A stretch of 64,000 nt of DNA. It comes from Balanoglossus misakiensis (taxonomy: Eukaryota > Animalia > Hemichordata). Numbering within the stretch: the stretch's first letter is position 1; every line of letters starts with the position of its first letter. The stretch is taken from NCBI GenBank assembly GCA_040954595.2, contig CM082583.2:10739656-10803655 (forward strand), read 5' to 3'. Both the position numbers and the translations under genes were made by a program. A model generated the notes under the pieces. The model was not told where the DNA came from. It ran no database searches and saw only the letters and a program-made list of their open reading frames with translations. Shown piece after piece: positions 53,701 through 64,000 of the stretch.

Positions 53701-56366
53701 AGTCCTTATTATGTGTGAAAAATGTGAAAATTATAATAAACAAGAATGTGAAAACTGATGTTTTGGCTGATGCTGAATACCAGTGTTCCATGCTCAGTAA
53801 AATTTCCCCTCCTTTTGTTTGTAAACGTTCTTTTGATATTTATTTTTTCAGAGTAACTGGTGTCTTAGGTTATCAACCACAGGAACTTCTCGGTAAATCA
53901 TGTTTTGATTACTATCACCCTGAAGATATGAGTCACCTGAAGGACAGTTTTCAGCAAGGTACAAAACTTTTGAATTCTATGGACAGATACAATCTTGATA
54001 TACATGTCTCTGTACTTGCTACAGCACTGTAGTTTAATACAGTCGGCTTGTAACACTTTAACATACAAATTGAGGAATATCATTATAGTTTTCTGATAAT
54101 GCTTATCATGGCTACATTTCCTGTGATATTTGCTATCTACTCCCCCACCTTTATCCTCCCCAGAAGTGGGTGGATCATATCTTATGCTGATTTCATTTTG
54201 GACCTCATGGGGGCGCTGTTACTGCCGATACTTGTCTACAGTTGTCAATGAAAAAACATTTATGACTGAGCAAATTCTTTCTCTGTCTCACATTTGAATC
54301 CCTGAGAAACCGTAAAGCTAGAGAGATTTGTGTAAATAATCAGCCCCACGTTCTTTTCCTTCCAGTTTTAAAATTGAAAGGACAGGTGTTATCTGTGATG
54401 TACCGTTTTCAAGCCAAGAACAGAGACTGGGTTTGGTTGAGAACCAGTTGCTTCAGTTTTCAGAATCCATACACAGATGAAGTCGAGTACATTGTCTGCA
54501 CAAATACCTCAGTCAAGTAAGTAATTGATGATAACATTGATAGGTAGAATGAGATATAGACAGCACGGCAAAATACAAATGTCATAAATTTCCTGATATA
54601 AGTTTATAACATTTGTTTTGCCAGAAGTTAACAGAAGTGAGTTGTTTGTCTCGGTTATTTCCCAACAGAAACCTTCAACAAAACCAACAGCAGCAGGAGT
54701 TGGAAGCTGGCAAAGACAACAGCAGTGGCGGAGACGTCCCTCAGTTACAGCAAGCCTACCCGCCTCCCATCCAACACACAGCACATCCCTACCCCCACGC
54801 ACCCATCACAGAAAGCATGGTCAGCAGGGGAGGTGCGGAGGACAGAAAAGACGACAAGACTGAAAGTGTCAGTCGATTTGCCGGTCAGAGGTCAGAGGGC
54901 GAAGGTTATCCGCTATTGCTCTCCTCTTCCACATCGGAAGGCAGTAAGACCAACTCCGGAAGTTCCTCATCCGGATACAGAACCAGTGGAGGGGCAGCGG
55001 GAGGAAGTGTCTACCCCAATACATCCCCTCAAGCCGGCTACACAGGCAGCAGTTTTGCCAGCAAAGCCCTTTCTACTCTGGCACAGCCCAGTAAGAGTTA
55101 CCCATCCCAGGGTCCATGGCCTAGTCCAGCGTCTTATCCAAGCTCAGTGGAAGTAAGTCAAACAGTTGGATTAATACTTTACTGGCATATCTCACTATAT
55201 ATTAGCTCTTCCAAAAATTATGTTCTATACGTGTGTCTCAGGTGATTAATTCATTATCTGTACTGTACTCACAGGGCAGTGCAGGTGGTCCAAGTACCAC
55301 ACAAGCTGGCGGTGCCTATCCTTCTCACACTGCCCAGCCATCCACACCACTCTCTGCCACACCATCACCAGGACCTACCTACACACAGTTGCAGAACACA
55401 GTAGGATCTAGACAAGTTGGTTACCCGTACCAACCAGAAAAAGGTAGGTTATCATGTTCCTTTGACAGAAAGAAGTGTTGTTATAACTCAGTGTTTAGGG
55501 ATATCTTTGTGAGAATATCTCCTTCAAATGTTATATGGGTCTGACCTGCTTGGTGCAGACACAGCAAACCCGAGAAAGCCTCAAAATTTGGAAATTTCCA
55601 ACACTGTCACAGACAAGTGAAAAATCAGTCTGACTTCATATATTTTAACAAAGTGTATATCGTGTACGTTTGTGTTAGCTGTTATAAGTATGCATTAAGT
55701 GTTGTATTTGCATGCACAGCTAACCCATACATGTATCTATAGGTATGCTTCAAAATTACAATATTTCTATCCAGCATGTAACATGGATTTATGTTTCATT
55801 TTTATATTATTTTCCATCCCAGGAGCACCTCCCCGTCCAAGTCATTCGAGTACACTACAAGGTATCAATTTTGTGTTTTCTTGTGTAATATCCCTCTCGG
55901 AATTGTATGTTTATAGTTTTTGCTGTGGCTTACTTTAAGTTTTGTGATTTTGTTGCTTACTGACTTTTGCATTAGCAGTTTGTTTATATGTCACTCGATC
56001 ATCTGAGAGAGCAGGACACATTTTGCCAAAATAATCATCCCCTAAGGTCAGTTTAAGCAGGAATTGGTGTAACTTGCTAATGCAATGATTTGTTCCATTT
56101 CAGAAGGCCAGCCAGTTGGCTACAGCAGTCGAGACGGTCACTCCCTCCCAAGACGCGACACAGCCATGTGGTCCCAGTGGCAGAGTGCAAGCGGCAACAC
56201 CCAGCCCTCTAGTGGCGATCACCCACAGCAACCGCCTCCACACGGCCAACACGGGGAGGAATTCAACGAAATCTACAGAATACTAGGTGATCATCAGCAA
56301 CAGCCACCCTATAATAATGTGGAAGACTTTGCAGACCTCTCAATATTCACCCCCTTCACTGAGTAA
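29800..56366 (+). CDS. ARNT: Aryl hydrocarbon receptor nuclear translocator (bHLH-PAS; ARNT/HIF-1beta/tango orthologue)
   Basis: Exons 29800-29818, 33410-33449, 50351-50404, 50737-50781, 51241-51398 (b[32 protein letters not shown]), 51549-51628, 51983-52075, 52349-52466, 52677-52706, 52945-53146, 53409(or 53415)-53592, 53852-53958, 54366-54516, 54669-55152, 55275-55443, 55823-55861 and 56104-56366 ([12 protein letters not shown]). PAS-A, PAS-B and PAC motifs are present. The first two exons (MSATTT; NRKRKMG) are less certain but phase-compatible and resemble the vertebrate N-terminus and NLS. Confidence 0.93.
35505..37034 (+). repeat. Tandem array A: 115-bp unit, 13 full copies plus a partial
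   Basis: Units start at 35505, 35620, 35726, 35841, 35956, 36071, 36186, 36301, 36416, 36522, 36637, 36752, 36867 and 36982. Two units are 106 bp, having lost one 9-bp subrepeat. Confidence 0.97.
37040..37481 (-). repeat. Tandem array B: 126-bp unit, ~3.5 copies, sharing the array-A core in inverted orientation
   Basis: gtccaatgatgg recurs at 37041, 37167, 37293 and 37419. Each unit contains ttagacgatactagactctagtatcgatagtatcgatagtatcggatattttt, the near-exact reverse complement of the A core. Confidence 0.95.
37482..37846 (+). repeat. Second block of array A units (~3 copies)
   Basis: The same 115-bp unit (tttaacaacaactttgcctgcttcccgactatgtcggacctc...) resumes after array B. Confidence 0.95.
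46044..46192 (+). repeat. ~62-bp tandem repeat, ~2.4 copies
   Basis: tcattggtcagccat(a/g)gtcatgtg recurs at ~46046, ~46107 and ~46169. Confidence 0.85.
47764..47784. repeat. (TA)n microsatellite
   Basis: Direct reading of a (TA) run of about ten units. Confidence 0.85.
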
Positions 56367-56860
56367 CTTTCCACAATATCAAAGCTCTCCTGTCATACAC
56401 AAAAAAAGTTTGTTTTGGGGAAAATTATTTTCAGGAGTTCACAGGAATAGCAATTTGAAAGCGTCGCTTCTCAAACCACTCTGACTGCCCCTAACAATTT
56501 TACGTACTGCCAATAGTAACTCCTTCATCGGGCCATTGGCTGTCATAAAATGATTGAATACACTTTCTTCCACTGACTTGGGGAGTTCTTTGTATTGTAA
56601 GCAGAGCCTTTTCTGTTCAAGTCAGGACAATCAGTATTTCAACTTTATCACATTCATGTATTTGTTCAAGTTGTGATATTATAAGGATTAGAGGCAGTTT
56701 AATTTTATTTGCTTGCACCAGAAATGTCAAATAGTAGAAAAAGATAACAGGGTATGTTTTGTATATGTATCTTGGTGGACAGTGGGTGGCAGCTGCATGT
56801 TTATATGTTTACTGTGAACATGACTGTCAACTGTGAAGAGCAGCCATGTACACGTATGTA

Positions 56861-57038
56861 CAGTAAAACCTGTCTAAACCGAACCCTGTCTATTCTGGAA
56901 ACCTGTCTATACTGAACAAATTTTCCCATCCCTTTCTCACAGAACCATAAGTTAAAGGAACCTTTATAAGGCAAATACCTCTGCAAACCGAACAATTTCT
57001 TCAATCCTTTGGGTGTTCGGTTTAGACAGGTTTTACTG
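56861..57038. mobile_element. Tc1/mariner-pogo (Tigger-like) MITE, 178 bp, in the probable ARNT 3' UTR
   Basis: Perfect 24-bp TIR CAGTAAAACCTGTCTAAACCGAAC / GTTCGGTTTAGACAGGTTTTACTG, flanked by TA on both sides (56859-56860 and 57039-57040). Confidence 0.9.
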
Positions 57039-59954
57039 TAATTTTGAATGTATGTGGACCGTAACATGCATGTTTGGCAGCCATGTGTGTGGTGAACATA
57101 GCAGCTGTGTATGTTTTATATACACAATTGTAACTCGGAGCCCTGTCTATATCATGGCCAGCAGAATACATGTAGCTGATGGCAGTTCATCTCAAATAAC
57201 ATACATGGACCTGTATACAAGGACAATGCACTCAACTGCCAATGGCAGTTTGGCATTAGGCTGGATACTAGTAAGTCATCTTTTAATAAAAATATTTTAA
57301 AATGGCAGCTTTTTTATTCCATTAATTGTTTTCCATGCATCATTTCTGTGAGCGTTGGTGTTAGTTATTGTAAAATTAATAGCAGAAAAAAAGGGCTGTC
57401 TGATTTAAATGTCTTATATGAAATTAGCTTATCCATCCAGGCTACATGATAAAATATTTATCCTCTGCTATGAATCACTACAAAATTTTTATATGATTAT
57501 CAGTTTAGTAGGTGCATTTAGTTCCTTATGTTTCTATGTAATTAGTAAGCCATCACAAAGATTGAAATCACAAATGTTCTGTTTAAGGCTGTTTTAGACT
57601 TTTCGAGATGCTTCCCAAATACAAGAAATACATTTTTTTGCTTTTTGAAAACATTATTCAGAGTTTCTGACTGTCATCATTTCATTTTTCTGTCTTAATG
57701 TAAATTATTTTCATTTGTGGAATGCTTGCAAGGCAGCTACATTCTGTATTTGCGGTTATTTTTCTTGACTGCAATGAGGTAATGAAAAATGTGTTTGATA
57801 CATTATGTATAATTTCTGGAAGGCAAGTTGAGCACCCTGGATGCTAATATCAAAAATCATGTTCCAAGTTCTCTCGTAAATGTTTAATTTGAAACATTTG
57901 CCTACCAAGAGTAATTTCACGATTGTTTGATTCAGAACCAGTTTTGAATCTTTAGAATAAGGCAGGGTGATTACTTCATTGATGAGTGAATCTTGATTGC
58001 TAGTGAATAAGGAAGGATTATAAACTTGTGCATAATGATTTGCACAAAACTATACCTTCTGTTTACTGTCATTCAGTTGGTTGACAGAAGATTCACATTT
58101 CTAATTTTCTGGCGATATTCTGAATGCTGTTTTTAACTATCATGAAATGTTAATTCCAATCAAATTTTTCAGCATTTTGTTTTCACTTGTATATTTGACA
58201 ACAGTTGAATTTTTTGTTTCGAAAACATTTTAAGGTTGTCTTGTCTTGTCTTGTGCAGAGAGTACATATTGCTTTTAACTGCCTGTGATTGTTATTGTTT
58301 AATTATCATTCTCTGATTTGGAATAAATCTGCATTGCTGATGAAAACTTTACTCTTTTTAGGGAAAGATTTAAATTTAAACCTGGATTTTAACTTATTTG
58401 CTTATATCTATCATTGGTGTTTGTCAGAATGAAACGCCACTGTCATTATCAAGCAATTTCTTTTCACTCACATTGTGTTTTGTAGGAAATGTATGCCTAT
58501 ATTATTGTACTTAAGCTTACCAATACCCACAGCCAACATAGTATACTATATAATCAACTGAATACTTGATAACAGAGATTACTATTTTGATAAAATCAAA
58601 AGCTACAAGTGAGATTGAGATGGCTATTAGTATTTGGAAAGACGCCTAGGCAGTTTGATACATATTTTATTTGGATATGCTGCTACTAGTTCAGTAGTGA
58701 CACTGTTACATTACCCAATGGATCAGTGAATTTGAATATGCTAATAGCCATGCTAATTGGATACATTCATATTTGCATATGCAAATACGAGTTTCCAAAA
58801 ATAGTTTCCTGGACACAAAATTGTTATGTTTTAAGTATATCACTTTCATTCCACAGAGGACTTTTATTCCAATGTATTTTACTTTTTTTTAAACTTATTT
58901 GTAAGATAACTGCTATGTTGCACTTTAAATGGATATTAGAATTTGTCTATCACAGGAAAGCAACACAATGTCATTTTAAAGACAGTAAATTTTGTAAGTT
59001 GGCAGATTTGTAAGTCGAGAAAACTTATCTGTAAAGTAAGGATGTTATATAGTGCAGTTTGTAGTAGTAGAAGTACTAGTAGTACATATTTTTTCTTAGT
59101 TGTAATACTGTAAAACAGCTATTATCTGTTATGTTTGCTATGAACAACATAATGTCTTCTGGAGAAGGCATTAGTGTAAAGTTCTGTGTGTAAGAACTTA
59201 TCCAAGATGTATGAAGTATTGATAGCTGCAAGAGTGAAATACAAAGGAAGACTAGTTGAGAAACAGTTTATCTTAGAGATTAATATTTCCACACTCACAT
59301 ACATAGTGAGACAGACATATACAACACTGGTTATAATATGCAGCTAGGTTTTGTAGCTATTGTACTGATGCATGTCAGTCTATCTGTCTGTTGACACAAG
59401 AAACGACACAAAGAGAACCCCCTTTTTGGTGTGGAATAGTTGTTTATTATTCAACCCCGGGATCACTGCGCACAAAGTTGATGTTGGACTGAACTTATTT
59501 TGAAGTCCTGGTCTGTGTTCCTCAAGTTGTCCCAGTAAAAAATCACTGTTGTGGAATTTATGGACTTTTTTTGTTCAAAATTTCTTTGCAATTCACTCTT
59601 GCTGTATGTAATCTTAGTGTTTATATAGAAAGAACTACCATATTCCCATTTGAGAAGTCAATTTAATGTATCATGGTGTACTGAATAAAAAATAATTAAA
59701 AACATAGATCTTGCTCATTGTATTTGTCTGCTGTGTGAGTGTGTGTGTGATTTTTCTGGACTATATCAATGATTTAGAAATGTCCGTAATTCATAAAGTT
59801 GGCCTCATTGGGCCACCGTATACAAGACAAGCGCCACGCTCATATATAGCCCTGACCTCTGACCTTTACACGATCAGCTGATGCATTGCCAACTACCTGT
59901 ATATATTGCTTTACTTCCTTGTCGAAGGAACTTCCACGAAGCAGAACGCTTGAA

Positions 59955-61673
59955 ATGGCTTCACAGAAAATTGTCATCGTGACAGGTAAGTTAAGGTCGC
60001 GTCGGTGATTAACCAGAGGTATAGTCATATTGTCATATTCCATGTATAATTTCGAGAGGAGCTTTTATCCAATCATAAACAATATCAGGATCTGGTTCTC
60101 TTAGTGGACACGACTCTACCCCATGGCAACGATACCATGGCAATGAGGGTGAGTTAGGGTTAGGGTTAGGAGGGTTAGGGGTGGCAGTGTGAGGGTGAGT
60201 TTAACCCTAACCCTAACCCTCCTAACCCTAACCCTAACCCTAAAAACCATTGTATCGCCCATGGGGTATAGTCGTGTCCACTAAGAGAACCAGATCCCAA
60301 TATCATTCATGTATCACCATGCTTGATTTTGTGATACAGCCGTACAAATATTTCTACCATAGAGATACTTTTGGATAGGGAGTGCAAGGAAAGTGCTGGC
60401 TTAGCACTCTCCCCGTATTTAGACTCTTGGAAAAAATGAATATACTGAAATGCTATTTTCTGTCTGAATATTTCTCACTCTCAGCCAAATTATCTTTCCA
60501 TTTACTAGGATTTGGCCCATTTGGGGATCACAAGGTCAATGCAAGCTGGGAAGCTGTGAAAGAACTGCAAAACATGGAACCCCTCCCTGGTGTTACCATG
60601 GTAACAAAAGAAATGCCTGTTGTGTATGATGAAGTGAAAGAATCTGTCCCAATGTTATGGAAAGAATATAAACCACAGGTAAATGTAGATTGGTGTCTTC
60701 AAGACTTTCATTCAGACCAAAATGTAAAAATGTTACATTTCATAATCATGTAAAAAATTAAGATCAAGCCTGTGAGATCAGTTAACAGTGCAGATAATTT
60801 TATGAAGTTATTGTCATTAAAATCATCACTTTGACTTATTTTCATGCTACACAGCTTGTGGTCCATGTGGGTGTCCATGGTCAGGCCAGGGAAATTATCC
60901 TGGAACAGAAGGCCCACAATACAGGCTACTACAGACAAGATGTTTGCATGAAGACACCAGAGTTGGAGGTGAGGAACTGGAGTGTTCTATAAATCGTATG
61001 TAGATCTCAAAGCACCATGTGACCGTGCTTATATCAATTACTGTTGGTGAATTTTGAGGTTTTGAGTCTGTCACTTATATTAACTTTGGCCCTCTGATAT
61101 TCTTTCTTCTTTTCTTTCAGTGTTGTATAAAAGATGGCGAAGACTGCCTTCAGAATACATTAAATATTCAAACAGTCTGTGATACCATCAATAGCACAGA
61201 TAACAATCTGAAATCCATCACTTCCAATGACCCAGGCAGGTAGGTCAAAATTAGCATATTCTTAACATATATGCAGCTGTAGTTTCAAACTAACTGCCTG
61301 GTTTATTACAAGTGCTGATGGCAGAGGGAATTTCCAGGCACGCGTAATACATGTACACATCATCTCACTTCAAAGGTGTGCATCTGTTATTTTGTGAATG
61401 CTTTGAAATGCTGTTCAACCTCTCAAAAGAGGTGATGGTATATAGCAGTCACTCCCTCATAGCCAACCATGCAATATTCCTTTGACCATATATTTCAGGT
61501 ACCTGTGCGATTTCTCCTACTACCTCTCACTTTCTGAAAACAGAGCGGCGTGTGTGTTTGTCCACGTACCACCACTTGGAGAGCCATACTCTGCCATTGA
61601 ACTGGCACAGGCACTCAGAATTGTCATACAGTGTCTGTTGAAACAAATAGAATCATCCAGTATGAAAGCATAA
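59955..61673 (+). CDS. PGPEP1: Pyroglutamyl-peptidase I (peptidase C15)
   Basis: Exons 59955-59985, 60509-60678, 60855-60968, 61121-61239 and 61499-61673. Motifs VIVTGFGPFGDHKVNASW, LVVHVGV, LEQKAHN (Glu), DPGRYLCDF (Cys) and FVHVP (His). Confidence 0.94.
60088..60297. mobile_element. 210-bp MITE with 8-bp TSD and internal telomeric repeats, in PGPEP1 intron 1
   Basis: TIR GGATCTGGTTCTCTTAGTGGACACGACT (28 bp perfect, extending imperfectly). TSD CAATATCA at 60080-60087 and 60298-60305. Internal TTAGGG tract followed by a CCCTAA tract. Confidence 0.92.
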
Positions 61674-61846
61674 ACTCACAGATGATACGTATACTTTTTA
61701 TCAACTGAAAATACGAAAAGCTGTAAAATTTGTATATTTTATTGTCTATTTAATTGTAATATGATTTGTACTCAAGTTGTGCAGATGTAAATTTGATTAA
61801 TGTGGGACAGGTCTCTTGACATGTCTCTTGATCACGACCACTGGCA

Positions 61847-63838
61847 CTAATCAACGCGATTAGTTATCACCACTTGATATGGTTCAGGGTACAGCGTCAA
61901 CCCAAGCACACCCTCAGCGCTAGGCTTCTCACATCCTTCGGGCACCGAGAACTTGAACTGTTGAATCAGTGACGTAAAGTACAAGAACATTTCGTGCTTT
62001 GCCAGTTGTTCACCCATGCACACTCGTCGACCTTGAAAAACGAAAGGAAACATTTAAACGTCTCAAAGCAATCCGTTACAAATAGCATCAACATTAATGT
62101 GAAAGACTTGTTTCTCCAAATGAACTTTTGTGTAAATACCCTAGGCTTTTCCATTGTTTGCTGGAATAATCCCTTGAAGTACCTGAAAATAACAATTGAC
62201 TTGGATCTCTGTCAGAAAATAAAGGCCTCACCTGCTGAGAATGGAAGAATACGGTCTGCGTTCTGCACTGAATTTAGCTCGTGGTTGTAGAATCTTTCTG
62301 GTGAGAATTTGTCTGGATGCTGCCACACCTTAGGATCATTCTGGACAGACCTAGAGAAACCCATGCATGGAAGATCTATTAGCTTCGATATGGGGAGAAC
62401 AACGATAGATAACAACTCCAATGTGATCATGGGTCGAAATTAATGATAAGCCCTGCCAGTGACAGAGTTTGGAATGTGAAGCTTCAGTGTACAATGTATT
62501 CACATCACCTTCAGCATAACTACTGCTATAATGCTCAGAGAATGATCAGACAGGAGATATAATTGTTTTTACCATAAATTGAAGTGGACAAAAACACCCT
62601 TGGGAATGTTGTATCCTTTCAGGGTGGTGTCCACCAGTGTACGATGTGGGATGGTGAGACGTACAGTGCTACCACGTCGTTGTATTTCCAACAGAGTTGC
62701 TTCAGTGTATGGCAGCTTGCTTCGATCTGCTAAACTCGGTCGTCTGTTGTTTCCCACAACCTGATGTTAGAACAAAATGTCGTTTGTGTATGGACGAGAG
62801 AAGGCTCTGTCAGAGCCACATACATACATACACAACCAAACACACGCGCACTCACACACACACACACACAAGCAAATTAAACATACATGAGTTGGAAGAT
62901 CTTTCAATCACCTCTTGTATTTCCCTGTAGACTTTATCCTGGACGTCAGGGTGATTCACCATAAATAAGATAGCCCATCTCATTGTAGTAGCTGATGTTT
63001 CTGTCCCTGCTGTAAACAAGTCCACAAGTATCTTTCGCAATTGGATATCGGAAAACTCTTCCTTGTTCTGCTCTCCCTTGCTAGCCTCCACTAGATAGGC
63101 ATCGATAAAGTCGCGGATGTTGTCTTCGTCAAAAGTTTCACGGTGCACTTTGATCTGCTCACCACAGAACTGTGCGACTTGTTCGGCAAAATAAGTGAAA
63201 TCGCCGGAACTCTTCCAAAAGAACAGTCGGAGTGGTGGTGGAAGGGCATCTACAAAAACCATTTTGCCAACCAAAGACAGCCACTTCGCCATATTATCCA
63301 GAATGTGCAGAAAATAGGCGTCGTTGTATTGAAATCTCTTACCAAAGGCTATGGAGCATATTACATTTGAAATGCTTCGGTTGAGTAGGTTACCAAGGTC
63401 CATAGGTTTGTTTTCACATTCCTGTAAAACAATGAGTGAAATTCTAACCTATAAAGACCAATGGATAATGAAATATTTCGTCAACGAGGATCGGATTGGC
63501 AGGCTGTATTTCGATTATTGTGAGCACATTAATTTGTGCAACATTCATGACAAGGTACAAAAAGGGGGTCCTCTCGCTTATGTGTCAAGGGTAGTCTCAT
63601 AGAAGTTCATGGAGCATAAGAAAATATTTGAAACATCCTAAACTCGACTGTATGGAATTTGAACTGCTTTCGCTTAACACGAATTGTCTAATCACCTGGA
63701 ATGAATCAATCAATGCTTCAACTTCTTCCATAATTTTACTTTCCATGCTCATCTTCCCAAATCCAAATCCTCTGAGAGTGGTGTGGGCGAACTTCCGGCG
63801 ACGTTGCCATTCTTCAGTGTAATGGCCATCGACGATGC
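61847..63838 (-). CDS. Cytochrome P450, CYP2 clan (CYP2U1/2J-like), 5' exon(s) beyond the window
   Basis: Exons 63838-63696, 63421-62912, 62760-62573, 62350-62232 and 62031-61847. Motifs WQRRRKF (C-helix), DLFTAGTETS (I-helix), EIQR (ExxR), FSPERF and heme-binding PFSAGRRVCMGE. Confidence 0.93.
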
Positions 63839-64000
63839 CTGAAAAAACACGTCGAACCAATTTGAGTGATTCATGTCAACTACATTGTCACTTTACCAAG
63901 GCAAGTGTCATCTCCATTTGTAAAGGTTTTTATAAATTGAACAGTGAACTAGTTTTCTGAAAATAAAAATGGCCAATCTTAATGTTTGCTATAATTCCCA

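Noticed and set aside
60140-60245. Ancestral telomere-telomere fusion site
   Set aside because: The tracts are short and enclosed by TIRs and an 8-bp TSD, so a transposon explains them.

Overview
This is AT-rich, intron-containing animal genomic DNA. An invertebrate deuterostome (hemichordate/echinoderm-like) is my inference from protein similarity and intron pattern. Nine protein-coding genes can be assembled: a UST/HS2ST-like sulfotransferase 3' exon (+), a small signal peptide-FN3-TM protein (+), ASB7 (+), ABHD17 (-), an intronless TRMT112 (+), Homer (-), ARNT (+, about 26.6 kb with a ~17 kb second intron), pyroglutamyl peptidase I (+) and a 5'-truncated CYP2-clan P450 (-). The main non-genic structures are: (1) a ~2.6 kb foldback-like element in ARNT intron 2, built from palindrome-rich 115-bp and inverted 126-bp tandem units, with 50-bp inverted ends and a 9-bp flanking direct repeat; (2) a 210-bp MITE with an 8-bp TSD carrying head-to-head telomeric TTAGGG/CCCTAA tracts; (3) a pogo/Tc1-type MITE and TTAA-flanked mini-elements. 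Other points of interest are the loss of catalytic residues in the sulfotransferase and the ASB7-ABHD17-Homer-ARNT-PGPEP1 linkage, which mirrors human 15q25-26 and 19p13. All family assignments come from recalled protein motifs, not database searches.
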